Source: Eledone cirrhosa
Lineage: Eukaryota
NCBI GenBank assembly: GCA_964016885.1
Contig: OZ024740.1
Location: 151,714,001 to 151,778,000, forward strand
Direction of reading: 5' to 3'
Length of the DNA: 64,000 nt
Part shown: piece by piece, positions 55,651-64,000 of the stretch
How the letters are laid out: every line of letters starts with the position of its first letter
Position numbering within the stretch: the first letter of the stretch is position 1
Translations under genes and position numbers: made by a program
The notes under the pieces: model-generated
The model's database searches: none
Seen by the model: the letters and a program-made list of their open reading frames with translations, nothing else
What the model was told of the DNA's origin: nothing

Positions 55651-56150
55651 CGGAACAAGTAAACATTAAACAATCTTTTAAATAAATTAAAATACGATTT
55701 AAATATTTACCACTTATAGTGCCATCACCGACGGTTTCGCTTATCAAAAGATTGGAAATTCAGAGAATTTCCAATGGAAAGATATAGCTCTTCAGATAGC
55801 TTTTCCAAATCTACTAGACATAAATCCAAGTAGAAGTAGATGTATCTCTTTCTGCCCGGTGTATGAAATCAAGCCGTTGAAATGACCACCACACAAATGG
55901 GCCGTAATAAAAAGCGGGAATTATAGACTCGTTGATATTTCATAGAAATAGCAGCATGATACAACATTTTTTTCTCTACATTAAGGAGAATTCAGATAAC
56001 TGAAATAGATATTCCAGTAGGTATTAAGTACCCACGGAAATATATATGGTGTCTATAATAGTGGTTGTTCTATGGTACTAATTTGAGATACCAGAACTGT
56101 AAATATGAGCGGAACAAGTAAACATTAAACAATCTTTTAAATAAATTAAT
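55646..56150 (-). mobile_element. (TA)n-embedded element with ~45 bp terminal direct repeats and a hammerhead-like motif at 55721-55800
   Basis: 55646-55690 = 56105-56149; gctat-CTGAAGA-gct..agc-GAAAC-CGTCG-GTG-atggc. Confidence 0.7.
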
Positions 56151-56186
56151 ATATATATATGTGTGTGTGTGTGTATGTGCGCGCGC

Positions 56187-56330
<144 letters not shown>

Positions 56331-58515
56331 TTGAAGAAAACCAAGGTTTTTTTATTAAATTCATCTTTAATTCGTACAATCGTTTCTAGGGGTGGGAAAC
56401 TTATATATACATGCAAACAATGAATCAATCAGTTATAACTTAAGAATTATGTACATGTATAAAAACACACCTACATGTCTCAAGGAATTCCAGAGGAGAG
56501 CACTGTATGAAGCTGGTCATAGAATATTTTGATATCCTGCTCAGTTACATGGAGAGTTGGGCAGTCAAAACTCGCTTGCATAACAGAGGTGTTGTTTGCT
56601 AGATCTAGAGAAAGATTTGTGATACGACCATCGACAAATTTGGGGAATGATGATGGAGATTTAGCAATGTCATATATGATGATAAAACCATCATCGGATT
56701 GACGGTGATCTTCTTCACTTTTTCTTGACCAGAATACTTCGTAGATTTAGGATGTGCTAGGGAGTAGGTTTCACTTACGGTGGAGATATAAATATATTTA
56801 TTGAGTGCAATACAGATGAGGTTTGATCTTCGTTCTAGATTTGAACCATTCTCACGTTTTTTTAACATTCCAGGAACCAAATGTTACATACTTTGTTAAA
56901 TTTCGACTGCGGTTGACTGCAAGTTAAAATATTGTAGTGAAAACAGTGCTTTTTCACCATCAGAGGACACGAACAGCACAAATTGTTTCCATTTTGTGCA
57001 TGAACAGCCATCACTTGATAGTCTTCACTAGGAGGGCTCCAGCTAAGGATGTCTTGTAATAGCGTTTACTCGTCCCCATCGCATTTCCTCTCTTGCCATA
57101 TACATATGGTATATGGTGAACAATGAAAACAAATACGGATCGCAATTTTTAAAAAAATATTATTTGGCTGAATCTCGTGTGAAATAGAAAAAGAAGTGTC
57201 TTCAACATATCAGACGTTAGTACTTTATCAGGAGAGTGGGAAGAGATTAGGAGAAGCAAAGAAAAGAGATTAACAAAATAATGAGAGTGTATGCGTATAG
57301 TTATGCCTGTACGAAGGTGTATATGCAGTAGCGGTGGTATGTGTACGGTTGAAGTGCATCATGTGCCTGCGCTTCACTTGCTCCTCCTCTATCTCTCTCT
57401 CTCTCTTTTTATATATATATATATATATGTGTATATGTGTGTGTGTGTGTATATATATTATATACATACATATATATATAAGCAAAAGGGATATTCAATG
57501 TGTTGGTAATTCAACAAATATAAATGTTTATAACTGATTCAGAGCACTCGACAGCTGTTCTGGAGTATAATATTCAATGATATTAAATAAATGGAAACTA
57601 TATTTATGAAACCATGTTTATTCTATTATATATATTTGAAGGCTACCAAAACTTTGGTACGCCCTCATCAGATAAAATACAAAGTTTGTTTTATAAATAT
57701 TGACATTACCAAGAAAAAATACCTTAACGGTTCAAGTTTTTCCTGGATAGTGAAGGAAAAGAGAAGAAAAGTCAAATATTTCAAATTATAAGAAGAGTAT
57801 GCAAATGAGGTTGAGGTATAGGGCTGAAAAAACGTTATTTTTAGACGCTATATAGAATTTAAATAATTAGGATATATGTATGTATAAGTAGGAAGAAGAA
57901 AAAAAAGAAAGAAGAGCTTGTATTTACGTTAATTTAAAAGGAATTAATAATTTGCGGGAATGGTGGAATATGATTCCAGAATTTAAAATTTATTTAGCTA
58001 TATTATGAGTTATAATATTGTATATATAATCAATTAGATTATATGAAGAATTATGGTTGTAAGTAGATTTTATCTTATTATATTACAACAAGTTGTAAGT
58101 ATATAAATATCTATATAGATTAATAATTGTGCATGTATAAGTATTATAGAAATAGAAATAAGTTAAAATTATTAGTTGTTTACATTTCTCATATGAGTTA
58201 CGAATGATGTTGATTCTGCATTTTACATGAAAAAACACGTAGTTCAAGTTGTAAGAGGAGAACAATTTATAGATTCAAATATTTTGTTCCAACATTGAAA
58301 ATGTTTTCAGAATATTGTTAATTTAGCGAGGATATATAGTTTATCATACATATTATGTTATAATATAATGTTTATGTTTGCACGATTGAAAAGGAAAAGA
58401 AAATTCCAATCTTGTTTGCTAACCGTTAAATTGGATGAATGATTTACTCAGAAAATATATAGAGAAATTTATATATTATTTTGTGTGAGATTAATTTCAA
58501 TTATATATTATTTTA

Positions 58516-60164
58516 GTCGAAAGATATGTCGCACCATCTAAATCTGACTTAGGCATAATTAGCAAGCATATATTATATAGAATTATACCACTACTTAAAG
58601 AAAAATCACACCTTAAACTATGGAACGGTTCTAATGAAGTTATAGATTGGTTTAATAACATAAAATTAAAACATAACAAAAAAATCATTCAAATGGATAT
58701 TGCAAATTACTACTCCTCTATTACCCCTAGCTTACCTAATAAGGCACTTATATACGCTTCTAAACATACAGACCTATCTAGTGAAGACATGAATATCATT
58801 CTAACAGCACGTAAAACACTAATAGAATTTAATAATCATCTCTGGACAAGAGCTGACAGAAAAAATAATTTTGATATCACTATGGGATCATCTGACTCGG
58901 CGCAACTAATGGACCTCGTTGGATTATTTATTAATAATGTACTGCATAGGAAAATGCCAGAGATGACCGGAGGTTTATATCGTGTCAATATGTTACTTTT
59001 AATTGTAAACCATAGCAATAGTGAAATTAATAGGAAAAGGAAATCCATAATACAATTTTTCAACAACTACAACCTTAATTTAGAAATCGAGAATAATTGC
59101 AAAATCGTTAACTCCTTAGATGTAACCTTAAACCTTAGCACAGGTCTTTACTATCCATTCCATAAAATTAACGAACATCTAAATTACGTAAGTGTCAATT
59201 CTAATCATCCTAGAAATATAAAAAACACTATTCTCAATAGTGTCCAACAACGGATTTCACGCATCTCTGCTAATAAAAATATTTTTGATGATAAGGCAGA
59301 ATATTACAATGAAGCTTTACATAGAGCAGGATACTCGAATAAAGTTAAATACATAGATAACAATAACATGACAAATCATCCTAGAATTAATTATAACAAT
59401 AAACAATTTAACTTAAATACTAAACCAAACAAAAAAACTAGAACTAGAAATATTATTTGGTACTCTCCCCCATTCTAATTAAGCGTTAAAACACCTTTAG
59501 CAAAGCTATTTTTTAAAGCACTAGATAAATGTTTTCTTAAAGCCCACAGATACCACTCTATTTTTAACAGACACACTATAAAACTACTACTACTATGAAC
59601 AAAGCACAAAATATAAATAGAATTAATAATAGAAACTTAAATTTATACCCTAACCAAACAAACCAAGATAGCAATAATAATATTTCTAACAACAATATTC
59701 ATAATAATAGTACCGTTCCGAATAACAACAACTCCAGAAAATGTAACTGTAGAATTAAATCAAACTTTACAAAATAATTGCTTAGACAAAAACGTAATTT
59801 ATCAATGCACAGTTAAAACTAAAGACAAAATATTTAGCTATATTGGTGCTACTTCAACAAAATTCAAAGAATGCTGGTATAACCATAAACACACATTTAA
59901 TAGATCCGATAAAAAATCTTCCACTTCACTTTCACATTTAATTTCGAATTTAAAAGACAACAATATAGGCTATTCAATATCTTGGGGAACGATTTCGAAA
60001 GCACCTGCATACCGAAATATGGCTTTATCAAGATTCTGTAACTTGTGAATCGAGGAATTGTTTATATAATTAATTGTCAAAACTCTGTTAATCTTAAAAC
60101 AGAATTATTTTCTAGTTGCAGACATCGCCAAAATTCCACTTTCAGAAGTATTTTTAATTTATGA
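58516..60164 (+). pseudogene. Naiad-type RT + GIY-YIG, 5'-truncated and decayed
   Basis: QMDIANYYSSI, FDITMGSSDSAQLMDLVG, GLYRVN (YRDD mutated), LDVTLNL, PPF*LSVKTP, KCNCR, YIGATST, CNL*IEE, SSCRH. Confidence 0.9.
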
Positions 60165-61310
60165 TATTCATTACACTTGACTATATCTTATACATCTTTA
60201 AAATGATCCTATTATTTACTGAGTATTTTCTTTAAAAATTTAAATTTAATTTTTTTAAAATGATCTTCCTTCTTATTTTTAATTTTTAATACTTTTACTA
60301 TTTTTACCATTTGGCATTATCTTCTTAATGATACTCCTCTAAATATATTTGTTTAGATGTAGATTGATAATCTTTAATTGACATTCTGAAAGTTATCCTC
60401 TTCACGATAGTTCTTCGAAATACATTACTTTTTTCCTCTTCTTTGATCTTCAAACTTTCACACATAAAATAATATATAATTGAAATTAATCTCACACAAA
60501 ATAATATATAATATTCTCTATTTATTTTCTGAGTAAATCATTCAACACATTTAACGGTTAGCAAACAAGATTGGAGTTATCTTTTCCTTTTCAATCGTGC
60601 AAACATAAACATTATATTATAATATAATATGTATAACATTATATTATAATATAATATGTATGATAAACTATATAACCTCGCTAAATTAACAATATTCTGA
60701 AAACATTTTCAATGTTGGAACAAAATATTTGAATCTATAAATTGTTCTCTTCTTACAACTTGAACTACGTGTTTTTTCATTTTAAATGCAGAATCAACAT
60801 CCTTCGTCACTCATATGAGAAATGTAAACAACTTCTATTTCTATAATACTTATACATGCACAATTATTAATCTATATAGATATATTTATATACTTACAAC
60901 CCGTTGTAATGTAATAAGATAAAATCTACTTACAACCATAATTCTTCATATAATCTAATTGATTATATATACAATATAATAACTCATAATATAGCTAACT
61001 AAATTTTAAATTCTGGATTCATATTCCACCATTCCCGCAAATTGTTAATTCCTTTTAAATTAACGTAAATACAAGCTCTTCTTTTTTTTCCTTCTTCCTA
61101 CTTATACATACATATATCCTAATTATTTAAATTCTGCATAGCGTCTAAAAATAACGCTTTTTCAGCCCTATACCTCAACCTCATTTCCCTACTCTTCTTA
61201 ATAATTTGAAATATTTGACTTTTCTTCTCTTTTCCTTCACTATCCAGGAAAAATTTGAACTGTTAAGGTATTTTTTCTTGGTTATGTCAATATTTATAAA
61301 ACAAACTTTG

Positions 61311-61371
61311 TATTTTATCTGATGAGTGCGTACCAAAGTTTTGGTACGCTTGAAATATATATAATAGAATA
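61311..61371 (+). ncRNA. Type I hammerhead ribozyme in the Naiad terminal repeat (mutated mirror copy at 57619-57679)
   Basis: tattttat-CTGATGA-gt-gcgtaccaaa-gt-tttggtacgc-tt-GAAA-TATATA-TA-atagaata. Confidence 0.8.
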
Positions 61372-61416
61372 AATATAGTTTTATAAATATAGTTTCCATT
61401 TATTTAATATCATTAC

Positions 61417-61452
<36 letters not shown>

Positions 61453-61453
<1 letters not shown>

Positions 61454-61880
61454 GTTAAAAGAATAGAGGTGTAACACACAAGTTATTATATATTGGTAAA
61501 CGGAATAGAAAATGCTGACAAATTGTTCACAGTTGAAAAATGGTTTAATTAGGAATAAAAGAGTATTAGTGATTGTATGGGTTAGTATTCAGTTGTGGTT
61601 TTAAGTTTTTAAGTTTTTACCGGTTGCGCATTTCTAAATGCTTTTCAAAAATAATTTTGAGATAGAGTGTCCGTGCTGTTTGCTCTGATCAGAGCAAACA
61701 GCACGGACACTCTATCTCAAAATTATTTTTGAAAAGCATTTAGAAATGCGCAACCGGTAAAAACTTAAAAACTTAAAACCACAACTGAATACTAACCCAT
61801 ACAATCACTAATACTCTTTTATTCCTAATTAAACCATTTTTCAACTGTGAACAATTTGTCAGCATTTTCTATTCCGTTTA

Positions 61881-61890
<10 letters not shown>
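61453..61890 (+). mobile_element. Fold-back family E: 404 bp spacer-less palindrome (61487-61890) plus extension
   Basis: Centre CTGA|TCAG at 61688/61689; arms match by eye; (TA)n on both sides. Confidence 0.93.
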
Positions 61891-61923
<33 letters not shown>

Positions 61924-62403
61924 CGAGAGGAGCATCCACTTCATAAGCGGAATTCAAATGAAGTGCCTGCAAAAATTCAGCATGGATTGAAGTGCAATGT
62001 ATGTGTCCAACTTCTTCTAACAGGAGCTGGTTTTGTTAACCAGCTGAAATCCCACGAGCCAGAGAGAAATCGTGTCAACTGTGAGATCATTCTACCGCCA
62101 CACACTCCATGGTACATTTACAGTGAGTAGCGTAATTTGCAAATCAGCTGGTGGACTGACCAGACATGATAAAATGCATGAAGTCACACCAGTTGGTTTT
62201 GTCAGGAGACAGAAAGTTTAAGTGACATATCTGAGAAACAAAAGCTGGTCTGAAAAGTCACCTGCGTGCACATAATCGTGCAATGTTCAATGAAGTAGAA
62301 ATCAGCATATATATATAAGGGGTGTGCTACATCACGACCGCAGTCTAGTAACTGAAATCAGTAAAAGATGAAAAGAATATATATGTGTGTTGTGTGTGTT
62401 GTG

Positions 62404-62498
<95 letters not shown>

Positions 62499-62874
62499 TG
62501 TGTCTGTGTCTGTGTGTGTGTGTGTGTTTGTGTATGTGTATTAACCATGAATCTAGAAAGTGGCTTTTAATGCTACTGTAAAAATTCTTTTAGTTGGCTG
62601 TTCTAACGTTCAGCCTGGAAGGCGTTAACTGTAGACAGACACAAACGAACATATCGAAAATTTGGTCGAGATTTCGATTTTTTTTTTTTTTTTTTTTTGG
62701 TTTCATATTTTCGAACATAAAAGACCAAGTTCTAAACCGCATTATTACTTCCACTCCAAATGCAAACCTTTTCTCAATCTTTACTTTCACTCTGTTAGGG
62801 CCTCTTATATCATTCATTGATTTATTTGTCTATTATTTATACATGATTATTATTGCTATTATTTTTGCTATTTC

Positions 62875-62939
<65 letters not shown>

Positions 62940-63339
62940 CTGCTTATGTTGTTGTTGATGTTTCACTTTTTTTCCCGGTGTTAATGGTGATGGTGTGGTG
63001 TTGGTGAGTGTGTGTTTGCATCTTTTACCATTCTCTTGTCATTCCCAGAAGCTATTATTTCTGCACGAAGAATTGGGAGAAAAATATATATATATATATA
63101 TCAATTCTTAGAATGAAAGCTATACACAAGCGAATCACTCCGAAGAATGGACAGTAGAGAAAACGGTTTCCCATACAATTGTTTCGTGTTTGGCAGTCTT
63201 TTCACAGAGTTTGGAATCTGTTTCAGCTATTTTAAAAGAAAAAAAGAAAAAGCTGGAATTCGTTAAGAGTTAAAGATTGCAGGATGAACCGCATAGATTT
63301 TCTAGCCATTTCAAGAAATATTGTTTTTTTTATACTGTT

Positions 63340-63423
63340 TACAACAACAACATCAACCAGCACCACCATCACAACAACCACAACACCACCACCACCACCA
63401 CCAATAACAACAACAACAACAAG

Positions 63424-63520
<97 letters not shown>
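63340..63520. repeat. (ACC)/(TAC)n microsatellite
   Basis: Direct reading. Confidence 0.9.
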
Positions 63521-63939
63521 GTTATTTTTCGCATCAGATTTCATGTAAACCCACGCACTTTATGTAACTTCTTTGTAATGTGCCCTTAATTCGCCGCCCT
63601 TGAGACAAATAAAAGAAACCTTTATTGTTATTATTGTTGTTGTTCTTCTTCCTCTTCCTTTTCTTCTTATAATAATAATAATTATTATTATTATTATTGT
63701 TATTATTATTGTTGTTAAAAGAAATAACTCAAAGAAAAACGAAAAAGAAAAAAAACGGAATTGAATAACAATAGATATTTAAGCAGTGAATTGCGAAGGT
63801 TGATCTATGTTTTGAATTGCTACACGGTGGAATGCGTAAGGTTGTCTCCCCTTGAGATCGAGGGACAACTATATCATTTTTTTAAATATTTATCTTTCGA
63901 AAAGAGGCTTGACACTCTGAATGGGCATTGGCAGATTTG

Positions 63940-64000
<61 letters not shown>

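Larger units (their letters stand above)
57481..61415 (+). mobile_element. Naiad-type PLE with ~940 bp inverted terminal arms
   Basis: ~57576-58515 is the reverse complement of ~60465-61414; RT and GIY-YIG lie between; TA tracts on both sides. Confidence 0.92.

Noticed and set aside
57591-57791. ORF mirrored at 61181-61399
   Set aside because: Antisense to the non-coding terminal repeat; it is duplicated only because of the inverted arms
59470-59520. CTAAT at the shared stop as an intron branch point with a downstream AG
   Set aside because: Splicing would delete residues conserved at protein level on both sides; not excluded, but less parsimonious

Overview
This is AT-rich, microsatellite-saturated eukaryotic DNA. 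Its two abundant tRNA-derived SINE families look like those of Octopus (coleoid cephalopod; inference). I see no host gene, and almost all supplied ORFs are microsatellite artefacts. The window is dominated by transposable elements. Penelope-like elements (PLEs) of three types are present: a near full-length Penelope/Poseidon-type copy with a ~1.7 kb inverted 5' arm, a Neptune-type 3' fragment, and three Naiad-type copies. Other elements are a frameshifted full-length L1/Tx1-like LINE plus fragments, RTE- and CRE-like fragments, a non-autonomous Helitron with intact ends, SINEs and a Tc1/mariner-like MITE. Two signals stand out. (1) Two clearly diverged Naiad-type PLEs share an in-frame TAA at the same codon between RT and the GIY-YIG endonuclease, and the downstream frame shows mostly synonymous divergence and has no AUG, which suggests programmed stop-codon recoding. 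(2) About 20 minimal type I hammerhead-ribozyme-like motifs lie in many unrelated short fold-back elements inserted in (TA)n. These share an asymmetric architecture and a common TYGAGTRCTY motif.
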